Below, in pieces: positions 1 to 8,454 of a DNA stretch of 64,000 nucleotides. The notes below the pieces were generated by a model. It was not told the DNA's origin, made no database searches, and saw nothing but the letters and a program-made list of their open reading frames with translations. This DNA is from Paludibacteraceae bacterium (GTDB lineage Bacteria > Bacteroidota > Bacteroidia > Bacteroidales > Paludibacteraceae). The first letter of the stretch is position 1. Each line of letters starts with the position of its first letter. Both the position numbers and the translations under genes were made by a program. The stretch is taken from positions 56,722 through 120,721 of the forward strand of contig JAILLP010000030.1 in assembly GCA_024693065.1 (NCBI GenBank), in the 5' to 3' direction.

Positions 1-836
1 CTCCTCGCGATGAACTTGGGGTCCTCTCCTCCGTCCACCATCCTGGCCAGCCAATAGATGGCGGCGTCTGGGTCGCTTCCCCGGATGGATTTGATGAAGG
101 CGGAGACGATGTCGTAGTGCATCTCCCCGTTCTTGTCGTATGCGTTGGGGTTCTCCTGCAGGCGCTCCGTCACTTTGTCGTTGGTGAAGTGCACCTCCTC
201 GTCGTCCGGCTCCGCACTGACGACCAGGTCGATGATGTTGAGCAGTTTCCTCGCATCACCACCCGCAAACCGTAGCAGGGAGTCGGTCTCGTCGAAGAAA
301 ATCTTCTTGCGTTTCAGCTCTTCGTCTTTTTCCACCACGCGGTGGGCCAGCGCAAGCAGGTCCTCGTCGGTCTGGGGCTTGAGCACATAGACTTGGCAAC
401 GGGAGAGCAAAGGGGTGATGACCTCGAACGAAGGGTTCTCCGTCGTGGCGCCTATGAGCGTGATGACACCCTGTTCCACCGCCGCCAAGAGGGAGTCTTG
501 CTGCGCCTTGGAGAAACGGTGTATCTCGTCGATGAAGAGGATAGGGGGCTCCGAATTGAAGAACCTGGAGTTCTTGGCTTTGTCTATCACGTCACGGACA
601 TCCTTGACGCCCGAGCTGATGGCGCTCAATGTGAAGAAGGAACGCTCCATCTGGTTGGCGATGATGCGGGCCAGCGTGGTTTTCCCCACGCCGGGAGGTC
701 CCCATAGGATGAACGAAGGAATGTGTTTCAGCTCCATCATCCTACGAAGCACACCATTCTCACCGACCAAATGTTTTTGGCCGACGTATTCGTCTAACGT
801 CTTCGGACGCATTCTTTCTGCCAATGGTTGTGCCAT
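1..836 (-). CDS. rarA: Replication-associated recombination protein A (RarA/MgsA AAA+ ATPase); 3' end cut by the window edge
   Basis: Not in the ORF track because it runs off the window. The reverse complement from the ATG (rc of 834-836) reads MAQPLAERMRPKTLDEYVGQKHLVGENGVLRRMM. An in-frame Walker A, FILWGPPGVGKTTLARII, reads from rc of ~660-713. Matches the remembered RarA N-terminus and P-loop. Confidence 0.85.
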   Translation of the reverse strand, partial: MAQPLAERMRPKTLDEYVGQKHLVGENGVLRRMMELKHIPSFILWGPPGVGKTTLARIIANQMERSFFTLSAISSGVKDVRDVIDKAKNSRFFNSEPPILFIDEIHRFSKAQQDSLLAAVEQGVITLIGATTENPSFEVITPLLSRCQVYVLKPQTDEDLLALAHRVVEKDEELKRKKIFFDETDSLLRFAGGDARKLLNIIDLVVSAEPDDEEVHFTNDKVTERLQENPNAYDKNGEMHYDIVSAFIKSIRGSDPDAAIYWLARMVDGGEDPKFIAR

Positions 837-958
837 GCTTCTTCTCCGTTGGTTTGTATTGCGAAATTAATAAAAAACAGTTCCCGTTTTCCTTCTTACT
901 CTTCCCGCTACTCTTTTCTCCTACGTTTTTTTAGAATTATTAGGATAGCTCTTTTGCC

Positions 959-1723
959 TTATTCGCTCTCTTCGTATTTCTTCAGTTCAAGTTGCTCTCC
1001 GTCCCACACCGCATAGGTGAAATTGGTGATCCAGTCTCCTAAGATCACCACCTTCCTCCCTTGCCCGATGCTTAGGTCCAAGGCTATGTGACGGTGTCCG
1101 AAGACGTAGAAATCTATGTCGTGCGTCTCGCTATGCTTCTTGGCGAACTGCACTAGGTACTCCCTCTCTTCTCCCAAGTAGGACTCCGCCTCGTTCCCTT
1201 GTTTCTTCTTCCTGTTGAAGTGCGACCAGGTTAGTCCGAAAGGCATGGTCAGGTCTGGATGGATCCATTTGTAGAAGAATTGGCAGACCTTGTTGCGGAA
1301 GAATCCTCTCATGAAACGGAAGGATAGGCTAGGGTCGCCCAACCCGTCGCCATGGGCAACGTAGAACTTCTTCCCGTCGAGGGTTAGTGTGGTCTCTTGG
1401 GTGTATATGGTGGCACCTATCTCCTGCTGGAAATAACCGAACATCCACACGTCGTGGTTGCCCGTGTAGAGGTAGACGGGTATGCCATCGTCGATGAACT
1501 CCGCCATCTTGCCTATGAAGCGGACGAAGCCTTTGGGCACGACGTATTTGTATTCGAACCAATAGTCGAACATGTCCCCTACGAAGTACAAGGCTTTGCA
1601 CGTTGGTTTGATGCTATCCATCCAACGGATCAGCCTTTTCTCCGCCGTGAACCTGTCCTCGTAGACCGTCAGCCCGAGGTGGGCGTCGGACGCAAAGTAT
1701 ATTTTTTTCTCAGATGCTTCCAT
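959..1723 (-). CDS. lpxH: UDP-2,3-diacylglucosamine diphosphatase (LpxH, metallophosphoesterase)
   Basis: 254-aa ORF with the metallophosphoesterase motifs YFASDAHLG, VGDMFDYWFEY and TGNHDVW in LpxH order and length. Confidence 0.85.
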   Translation of the reverse strand: MEASEKKIYFASDAHLGLTVYEDRFTAEKRLIRWMDSIKPTCKALYFVGDMFDYWFEYKYVVPKGFVRFIGKMAEFIDDGIPVYLYTGNHDVWMFGYFQQEIGATIYTQETTLTLDGKKFYVAHGDGLGDPSLSFRFMRGFFRNKVCQFFYKWIHPDLTMPFGLTWSHFNRKKKQGNEAESYLGEEREYLVQFAKKHSETHDIDFYVFGHRHIALDLSIGQGRKVVILGDWITNFTYAVWDGEQLELKKYEESE

Positions 1724-1729
1724 GTCTGC

Positions 1730-2044
1730 TTATAGATAACCCAACTCCAGTAGCGCCTCCTCGGACATCCTTTCTTTGGTCCACTCTGGTTCAAAGACAA
1801 TGTTCACATTGCATTGTTTCACTCCCTCTATGCCATTGATTTTCATCTGTATATCCTCCACAAGGTATTCTCCTGCGGGACAACTAGGGGCGGTGAGCGT
1901 CATCTCAATATCCACCACACCATCCTCCTTCACATCAATGTTGTAGATGAGTCCGAGGTCATAAACGTTCACTGGTATTTCCGGGTCATACACTGTCTTC
2001 AGTGCGGAAACGATCTTTTCTTCTATTTCTAAAAATTCGTTCAT
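1730..2044 (-). CDS. DUF59 / SUF-associated Fe-S cluster assembly protein (MIP18/SufT-like)
   Basis: 104 aa. VYDPEIPVNVYDLGLIY ... MTLTAPSCPAGE is the DUF59 signature with its conserved Cys. Lies 6 nt upstream of lpxH on the same strand. Confidence 0.7.
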   Translation of the reverse strand: MNEFLEIEEKIVSALKTVYDPEIPVNVYDLGLIYNIDVKEDGVVDIEMTLTAPSCPAGEYLVEDIQMKINGIEGVKQCNVNIVFEPEWTKERMSEEALLELGYL

Positions 2045-2066
2045 TTTGCTTTAAGTAATTTACTGT

Positions 2067-3485
2067 TTAGAGAAGCGGACTGAATAGCCTAGCCAATGAT
2101 TCCTTGATCTTTTGGCTGAAGCGGCGTGTCGCCCATTCTTCTTTTTTGACTTCAACGGATGATTGTAGGTCATCGTGGTATATATCGATCATTCTCTGCG
2201 CTATCGATGCATCATACATGATCGCATTGAGTTCGAAATTCTGTTCGAAGCTGCGGAAATCCATGTTGGCGCTTCCGATGATGGCGATGTCGTCGGCCAC
2301 CACAATCTTGCTGTGGATAAAGCCCGGCTGGTACAAGTACACCTTTATGCCTGCCTTCAACATCTGGTCGAGGTAGGAGTAGGTGCTGTAGAGCGTCACC
2401 CTCGCATCTGATTTCATCGGCAGGATGATGCGCACGTCCACGCCACACAAGGCTGCGGTCTGCAGGGCGGTGATCAGGCTTTCCGGCGGCAGGAAATAAG
2501 GGGTCTCGATATAGATACGCTCCTTGGCTTCCATGAAGGCTTTCGCGAATATCTGCATCACGCTCTCCCACACCATGTCCGGTCCGCTGATGACGATCTG
2601 GGCCAAGCAGTCGCCTTTCTTCTCCTGGGCGGGATAATAGGCTGTGTCCTCTATCAATTCCCTCTTCACGAAGAACCAGTCCATGAGGAAATTCTTCTGA
2701 AGACCAAGCACCGCGCTTCCTTCTATCCTGATGTGCGTGTCCCTCCAAGGACCCCAACTCAACCCCTCCACGTAACGGTCCGCTATGTTGAAACCGCCCG
2801 TGTAGCCCACCACACCGTCTATGACGATGATTTTGCGGTGGTTTCTATAGTTCACACGGCTGTTGATGTAAGGCAAACCCACCTCGAGGAAGCTCTGCAC
2901 CTCGATGCCTGCCTCTCGCAACTCGTTGATTTTCTTTTTCTTCAATTGCCAACTGCCCACGTCGTCGATGATCACCCTCACCGCAACGCCCTCCTTCGCC
3001 TTCTCCTTCAGCACGCTCATCACCTTCGAACCTATCTTGTCCGCCAGGAAAATGTAGTACTCCATGTGGATGTGGTGCTTGGCCGCATGTAGGTCGGCTA
3101 TGATGGATTCATACAACTGGTCCGCCTTCGTGAAGATATCCACCTTGTTGTTCTCGTGGATGGGTGCGTCACTGTTCTTGTAGGCCAATGTGGCGATGCT
3201 TCTCTGCGTGTCGGTCAGATTGAGCTTGGGGAGCTCCGTCAAATCGGATGTGTTGCTCTTCTTGTTGATGAGCAGGCTTCGCTTGGAGATCACATGCCTC
3301 TTCCTGAACTTCCTGCCCACAAGAATGTAGAAGAGGAATCCAATCACCGGCAGGAATATCAAGACCAGTATCCATGCGATGGACTTGACAGGGTTGCGAT
3401 TCTCCACCAACATGAAGATGATGGTGGTGAATATCGTGTAGATGTAAACTACAAAGAGTATTATGTAGGCTATGTCCCAAATCAT
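2067..3485 (-). CDS. cls: Cardiolipin synthase (phospholipase D superfamily)
   Basis: 472 aa. Two N-terminal hydrophobic helices and two HKD motifs (NHRKIIVIDG and IHSKIVVADD). Typical Cls architecture. Confidence 0.9.
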   Translation of the reverse strand: MIWDIAYIILFVVYIYTIFTTIIFMLVENRNPVKSIAWILVLIFLPVIGFLFYILVGRKFRKRHVISKRSLLINKKSNTSDLTELPKLNLTDTQRSIATLAYKNSDAPIHENNKVDIFTKADQLYESIIADLHAAKHHIHMEYYIFLADKIGSKVMSVLKEKAKEGVAVRVIIDDVGSWQLKKKKINELREAGIEVQSFLEVGLPYINSRVNYRNHRKIIVIDGVVGYTGGFNIADRYVEGLSWGPWRDTHIRIEGSAVLGLQKNFLMDWFFVKRELIEDTAYYPAQEKKGDCLAQIVISGPDMVWESVMQIFAKAFMEAKERIYIETPYFLPPESLITALQTAALCGVDVRIILPMKSDARVTLYSTYSYLDQMLKAGIKVYLYQPGFIHSKIVVADDIAIIGSANMDFRSFEQNFELNAIMYDASIAQRMIDIYHDDLQSSVEVKKEEWATRRFSQKIKESLARLFSPLL

Positions 3486-3547
3486 TTTTCCCCAATTCTT
3501 TTGTAAAATTAAGGAAAATTTGAATAATAAACATCAAATTGATGGCT

Positions 3548-3555
3548 CAAATATA
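3548..3555 (-). promoter_or_regulatory. Candidate -7 promoter box for the cls-DUF59-lpxH operon
   Basis: The minus strand reads TATATTTG, matching the Bacteroides sigma-A -7 consensus TAnnTTTG. About 60 nt upstream of the cls ATG (3485). Confidence 0.35.
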
Positions 3556-3652
3556 TGTGCGAGTGGTTTCTTTCAGGCAAAAATGTGTGTTTTTCTTGTG
3601 GATGGGCGTTTTTTATGCCTAAAACGATGATTCATTGTGCGTTCTAAAGGGA

Positions 3653-6250
3653 TTATTGACGCTCCTTTCCCGCTTTGATATCCTCCAATAGTTTCTCCAT
3701 GTCGCGGATGGTGAATCCGCACTCCTTGAACTTGTTCACGATGTCGATGGACTCCTTCTGCTCTTTCGTCAAGCCCTTCAAATCGTCCGAAATCTTTATG
3801 CCTAGGAAGAAGAATATATCGTTGCTGGCGATGCTGTAGAGTGGGGAGAGTTGGCTGGTTTCCCCGATCTCTCCGGGAGTATGGGCTTCCCCTGCCTTGT
3901 CGTATATCCACTTGGCCTCGGAGATGACCTTTCGGGCGGTCGTGTGGACGATGCGTTGCTGCGTCCTGGTCTGTTTTCCCTTCTCCACGTAGCTGTAGTC
4001 CCCCATGAGCGACTGCGCGAAAAGGAAGGAGGTTGTCCGTTGGATCTCCTCGCTGAGCAGGCGGAAGAAGGCTGCGGAACGCTTCGGACTGAGATGCTGG
4101 ATGAAGTGGTCCCACCCGCAGATCTCCTTGTCTGTGATCTCCTGTGCTCCCTTGTCGTATTGCCTTAGGCTCACTGGGTTCAGGTCTAATCCTAACTGTT
4201 TCGCCTCCAAGGGGGTACGTGTCACGTCACGGATCGTCAGATGGGTTTGTACCCCCAATTGTAGGAGGAATTCGTAGAATGTGCTTCTGTTTTCAGGAAG
4301 GATAGCGTCCGCAATCGTTTGGTTATCAAGAAAGTATATATCTGTGCATCCTTCCCAATAATCATTGAGCAGGGAAGTGCGTAGGACCGTCTGATGGGCC
4401 CTGCTGAAGCATCGGTTGCCCGCTTGGTCTACTGTTGGAAGGAAAGGTATCTCCCTAAGGTGGCTGACGAATCTTTCACGTTCGCCTCCCTGTGCGGACA
4501 AGGACTGGTAGCAGTCTGTGATGCGCCTGAGGTGGTGGAGCACCTCCGCTTCACCTAAAAGGTGGGTTCTCCCTTCCCGGTAGAGGGGTAGTATCTGTTG
4601 CTCCACCTCGGCTTGCGGGCCAGGCTCTTTTATCCCTAGGGAAGAGAGAGAACGCCTGCATTTCTCGTCCTCCCAAAGGGCTGGATGGACGGATTGGGAG
4701 GAGTCGGTCTCTCCTGCGAACGCCTGCGACGGGGCATTCCCTCCGCACACGAGACCGAGCGCCCTTGCCTTGCCGTCGGCGCAGAGGATGACAGGCTCTT
4801 CCTTCAGGTATACCCTGTTCTTGGCCAAGCATTGGTAGAATTTCTTCAGCCATTCCATGCTTTGCCGCTCGATGTCGAAGGCGGTGATGGCGTCCAATAT
4901 ATCCTCTATACTGACTATGTTGGCTGCTAATTGATTCTCCTTTAGATAATTATGGATAATGGAGCGTTGAGGCTCCTCTCTCCTGTATAATTCTTTGAAG
5001 CACCATTCCCTTTGTGATCCGTCGGGAAGGATTTCCTCTTGCGCTCCGCTGAAGAGTTCTCGTAGCAATCTATCCTCCGTGTGTCGGGTGCGGGTGGCAT
5101 CCACGTATTCTCCATTGTCCGTGAAAAACAGGGGTTGCGTGCGCAATGTTTGGACGATGGACGTATAGATGGGCGCTAGGAAATGTGGCCCTGCCTTCTT
5201 GATGAATATATTTTTCTCCAAGGGGATAATATCGAAGAGCGTATCCTTCAACAGATTGCTCTGTGCGAGGTGGCGCAGGGCTTTCCCCACCAATTCGCCT
5301 ATGGCTTGCACCTGCTGGATGTTCCATGCCTCATGGTTTTTGATGCTCTCCCTGTTGTCGGTCAGCAGGAAGGGCGCATGGATCACGAAGGGGAGCGGAC
5401 AAGACTCCTTGGTCGGGAAGAAACAGTAGATGTTCTCCTCCTGTTCCAATGGTTGGGGCGCACGCAGGGCATTTGATTCGAAGGCGATGGCGCATCCGTC
5501 CGTGTAGCGGTGGAAGTGCTTTGTCTGGCGATTCTCCCCGTCATTTTGCGACATGGTGAGGAACGCATAGGTGATGGCGCCGATTTTTGTCTCGCCTTCC
5601 GTGCTTAGCTGGTACACTCCGTGGGCGCCGTTGTTCGTGTCCCAAACTATCTTTTTCAGGTGTGATAGGAAAAAGAGGGGGTGGTGTAGCGTCCGAAGCT
5701 TCTGTAATATGTCTTGGTAATCCCTCTCCGCATCCTTTAAGGGGAATTGGAAGTAGGTCTCGCCGGCTTTCCTTCCCTCCTTGGTGCGGGGGGCGGGCAC
5801 GGGTACGATATAGTCTTGGATGTCGAACGAGAGCGTGTCGTCCTCGATGTGAGGGCGGTCTGTATAGCGGAAGATGGATTTGAACCCGATGCCGAACTTG
5901 CCTATCGAGTTGCCGCTTTGTTTGTTGCTGGCGCCGATGGAGGTCAGCGCGTTCAGGTGGCCGATCGCCCCCTTGTCATCCTCCCGGTTGGGGTCTGTCA
6001 GGGTGAACCGTACCGAGCCGTTGTGGATATACTCCAGACTCTCTTTGTGCAAGTGGATGTGGACTTCCGTCGCTTGTGCGTCGTCGGAGTTTTGCAGCAG
6101 TTCGTAGAGGAAGTGCGCCTCGTCGGAATATTTGTCCACGACGGAGTTCCAGAAGCCGGCCGCCGCCGGATCCTTCAGTTGCTCCGCCAGCGAGGCTCTC
6201 TTGCCGGACAGTAGCCGGAACCATTCCCTCTCTTCCTTGCTTATCTCCAT
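3653..6250 (-). CDS. Sacsin-like GHKL (Bergerat-fold) ATPase, 865 aa; C-terminal ~550 aa unassigned
   Basis: N-terminal FLYELLQNSDDAQA (N-box) and GKFGIGFKSIFRYTD (G2 box), followed by FFPTKE..LPFVIHAPFLLTDNRESI, the pattern I associate with the sacsin/HSP90-like ATPase repeat. I recognised no motif in the rest of the protein. Confidence 0.65.
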   Translation of the reverse strand: MEISKEEREWFRLLSGKRASLAEQLKDPAAAGFWNSVVDKYSDEAHFLYELLQNSDDAQATEVHIHLHKESLEYIHNGSVRFTLTDPNREDDKGAIGHLNALTSIGASNKQSGNSIGKFGIGFKSIFRYTDRPHIEDDTLSFDIQDYIVPVPAPRTKEGRKAGETYFQFPLKDAERDYQDILQKLRTLHHPLFFLSHLKKIVWDTNNGAHGVYQLSTEGETKIGAITYAFLTMSQNDGENRQTKHFHRYTDGCAIAFESNALRAPQPLEQEENIYCFFPTKESCPLPFVIHAPFLLTDNRESIKNHEAWNIQQVQAIGELVGKALRHLAQSNLLKDTLFDIIPLEKNIFIKKAGPHFLAPIYTSIVQTLRTQPLFFTDNGEYVDATRTRHTEDRLLRELFSGAQEEILPDGSQREWCFKELYRREEPQRSIIHNYLKENQLAANIVSIEDILDAITAFDIERQSMEWLKKFYQCLAKNRVYLKEEPVILCADGKARALGLVCGGNAPSQAFAGETDSSQSVHPALWEDEKCRRSLSSLGIKEPGPQAEVEQQILPLYREGRTHLLGEAEVLHHLRRITDCYQSLSAQGGERERFVSHLREIPFLPTVDQAGNRCFSRAHQTVLRTSLLNDYWEGCTDIYFLDNQTIADAILPENRSTFYEFLLQLGVQTHLTIRDVTRTPLEAKQLGLDLNPVSLRQYDKGAQEITDKEICGWDHFIQHLSPKRSAAFFRLLSEEIQRTTSFLFAQSLMGDYSYVEKGKQTRTQQRIVHTTARKVISEAKWIYDKAGEAHTPGEIGETSQLSPLYSIASNDIFFFLGIKISDDLKGLTKEQKESIDIVNKFKECGFTIRDMEKLLEDIKAGKERQ

Positions 6251-6254
6251 GGCG

Positions 6255-6836
6255 CTATAGGCTTGCGTATTTGTTGGACTCCTCTTCTCCCCACGGGTGC
6301 CCCTCCTCTATGGCGGTCAGCACTTCGTCGGCGCGGTTGACGACGGTCCATGTCTTCTTTAGCTTCTCCGACATGAATTTCTCCCCCACGCATTTGTCTA
6401 GCATGGCGAGGAGGGGGGCGAAGAAATGGTTGACGTTGACGATGACGATAGGCTTAAGGAAGAGCCCCAGTTGTTTCCATGTGATGATCTCCATCAGTTC
6501 CTCCAGGGTGCCGCAGCCACCAGGCAAGGCGATGGCGGCGTCCACGTCCTTGGTCATCCGCTCCTTCCTTGTGTGCATGGAGGAGGTCTCCACCTCCGTC
6601 ACCTTGGGGTTGTCCCATCCTCTCTCCACCATGAAGCGGGGAATGATGCCCGTGATCTCTCCTCCGTGGTCGAGCATGGACTGCGCCAGTTCCCCCATCA
6701 GACCGACCGCTCCGCCTCCGTAGTTGCAGGCGATGCCGTTCTTTGAGAGCACCTCACCCAATCTCCTCGCTTCCCGCTTGTACGCTTCATCCACTTGTGT
6801 GCTGGATGCGCAGTAGACACAAACCCGTTTCGTCAT
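6255..6836 (-). CDS. LOG-family nucleotide phosphoribohydrolase (TIGR00730-type)
   Basis: GGGAVGLMGELA and ALPGGCGTLEEL (PGGxGTxxE) motifs. I place the start at the ATG at 6836 (MTKRVCVYCASS). The longer tracked ORF (to 6938) would overlap hipA by about 100 nt. Confidence 0.85.
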   Translation of the reverse strand: MTKRVCVYCASSTQVDEAYKREARRLGEVLSKNGIACNYGGGAVGLMGELAQSMLDHGGEITGIIPRFMVERGWDNPKVTEVETSSMHTRKERMTKDVDAAIALPGGCGTLEELMEIITWKQLGLFLKPIVIVNVNHFFAPLLAMLDKCVGEKFMSEKLKKTWTVVNRADEVLTAIEEGHPWGEEESNKYASL

Positions 6837-6838
6837 AT

Positions 6839-7975
6839 TCAATCCTTTCGTTTTCTTTCCACAAAGGTAAATAAATTTGTGGGAATGGAGAGATGTCCCT
6901 TCACTACATCTCCTACCTCTTCGATGATTTTGGTGCAACGGTTGCGGGATATGCGGATTTGAGTGCCGACCGTGATCATGTCCTCCACGGAAGGCTGGCC
7001 ATTGTTGTTCACCGATGTGGCATGTTCCCCGTTATATCCGGCCACGCAATGGGTTAGGTCGTATGCGGGTGACAATGACCATTTGCCTTCCCGACAAATG
7101 AAGGAGAAGTTCTTCGGATGATCGTCTTTGTTTTCCGCTAAGACATTGAACACCATTCTCCGGAACATCTCTTCCACCTGCAGAGGATCTTGCGTCAAGT
7201 AGCCAGTTAGGCTGAGCAGATTCTTATAGTCAAGTGTGGGCATTTGGATGGAGACCCCAAGCAATGCCCCGGCTGTGGCTATGTGCAGACGATGCCCATC
7301 CTCCATGTCGAATCGACGGCTGGCGAAGTATTTGCCGTTAATCAGGCGGTAGTCCGTCACGTTGATTCCGCAACGCCGGGCCGCTTCATGGTAGCGGTAT
7401 TCCTCTTTGCCCATATCCACTGGGTCGTAGGTGTGGCGGAATTTCACCAACCATTCACCTTCGTCGTCCTTCATCAGACATTTCGGGCGGCAGCCACCCG
7501 AATTGCCGCTGTTGAAATAGAGCACATCCTCGTCCTTGTCCGTTTTTTCGGAGAGCACGTCTAGCGCCATCTGCTGCAGACGGTCGAGGGCGGGGAGTGA
7601 TTTCTCCTCACCCACCAATGTTTTCGGCACATAGCATAAGGCGCCCATGCCCGAACTGCCCACTATGCTTAGCCGTTGTATTGGTGTTAGCCCCAGCTCG
7701 TCTATCCCCTGCTTTTTGAGCATCCTGTTCAGTAGATAACGGCCGTAACCGTCTGGCAAACTGTCCTCGAAGATGCCGAAATTTCCGCTGAAGGGTGTTG
7801 GTTGGGCGATGAACAATCCTGTGCGCAAGGGCAATTCGATGGGTGAGATGGAGAACCCTGTCGCGATCCATTCCTTGTCGTATTCAAATACACAACGACG
7901 TCCGTCTGGGGCCATCGTCAATGATCCCACACGTCGTTCGCCCATCTGCACGCTTAGTTTATCTACCGATTTCAT
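6839..7975 (-). CDS. hipA: HipA-family serine/threonine kinase toxin (type II TA)
   Basis: 378 aa. The N-terminal HipA coupling region (VGSLTMAPDGRRCVFEYDKEW), the loop NSGNSGGCRPKC and the catalytic-loop motif NKDDHPKNFSF are typical of HipA-like kinases. Confidence 0.85.
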   Translation of the reverse strand: MKSVDKLSVQMGERRVGSLTMAPDGRRCVFEYDKEWIATGFSISPIELPLRTGLFIAQPTPFSGNFGIFEDSLPDGYGRYLLNRMLKKQGIDELGLTPIQRLSIVGSSGMGALCYVPKTLVGEEKSLPALDRLQQMALDVLSEKTDKDEDVLYFNSGNSGGCRPKCLMKDDEGEWLVKFRHTYDPVDMGKEEYRYHEAARRCGINVTDYRLINGKYFASRRFDMEDGHRLHIATAGALLGVSIQMPTLDYKNLLSLTGYLTQDPLQVEEMFRRMVFNVLAENKDDHPKNFSFICREGKWSLSPAYDLTHCVAGYNGEHATSVNNNGQPSVEDMITVGTQIRISRNRCTKIIEEVGDVVKGHLSIPTNLFTFVERKRKD

Positions 7976-8318
7976 TCCTGCCTCGCTTCCTGTTTTTATT
8001 TCTGTTGATGGTCTCCAACTCCTCCATTGTGGAGAAGTGCGGTTCGGAAAGGAGTTGCTTGATGTCGGTCGTATAGCCTAAAGCCTGTGCCAATGCCACA
8101 AAGGAGGTGAGTGCGATGATGTGTTGCTGCTCAAACTTGGCGATGGTCGGTGCGGGAACACCGCTCATCATGGAAAGCGCACTTCGGGAAAGGCCCTTCT
8201 CCAACCGCCTCTTTTGCAGATTACCTGCCAATAATTTCGTCAAATCATCGACGGAATCCTGCTCCAGTGTGTAAATATATGGCATATTATAGTATCTATT
8301 AAATGTTAATATATGCAT
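7959..8318 (-). CDS. hipB: XRE-family helix-turn-helix antitoxin (HipB-like)
   Basis: LQKRRLEKGLSRSALSMMSGVPAPTIAKFEQ is an XRE-type HTH. Overlaps the hipA start by 17 nt. An alternative start at 8285 (MPYIYTLEQ) is equally possible. Confidence 0.7.
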   Translation of the reverse strand: MHILTFNRYYNMPYIYTLEQDSVDDLTKLLAGNLQKRRLEKGLSRSALSMMSGVPAPTIAKFEQQHIIALTSFVALAQALGYTTDIKQLLSEPHFSTMEELETINRNKNRKRGRNEIGR

Positions 8319-8402
8319 TAAGGAATACTATTGTATTTGCTTGTAAAGATAGTAAATTAATGAGTAGAAACAAAATCTGTGGTGTAATGGGCCTCGGCAA
8401 CT

Positions 8403-8440
8403 CTTAACTCATAATTCTTAACTCATAATTCTTAATTATT
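8403..8440. repeat. Tandem 14-mer CTTAACTCATAATT (2 full copies plus a partial)
   Basis: Read directly: 8403-8416 equals 8417-8430, followed by CTTAATTATT. A near-identical 14-mer, CTTAACTCATCATT, occurs at 59534-59547. Confidence 0.8.
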
Positions 8441-8442
8441 AC

Positions 8443-8450
8443 TACCTTTG
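8443..8450 (+). promoter_or_regulatory. Candidate -7 box (TACCTTTG) only 4 nt upstream of the flippase ATG
   Basis: Matches TAnnTTTG. The ATG is at 8455, so the mRNA is leaderless or nearly so if this box is used. Confidence 0.3.
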
Positions 8451-8454
8451 TAGT

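Noticed and set aside
6837-6938. N-terminal extension of the LOG ORF as tracked (start at 6938).
   Set aside because: It would overlap the hipA 3' end by 100 nt. The extension (MHQNHRRGRRCSEG...) has no family similarity, and the canonical LOG N-terminus begins at the ATG at 6836.
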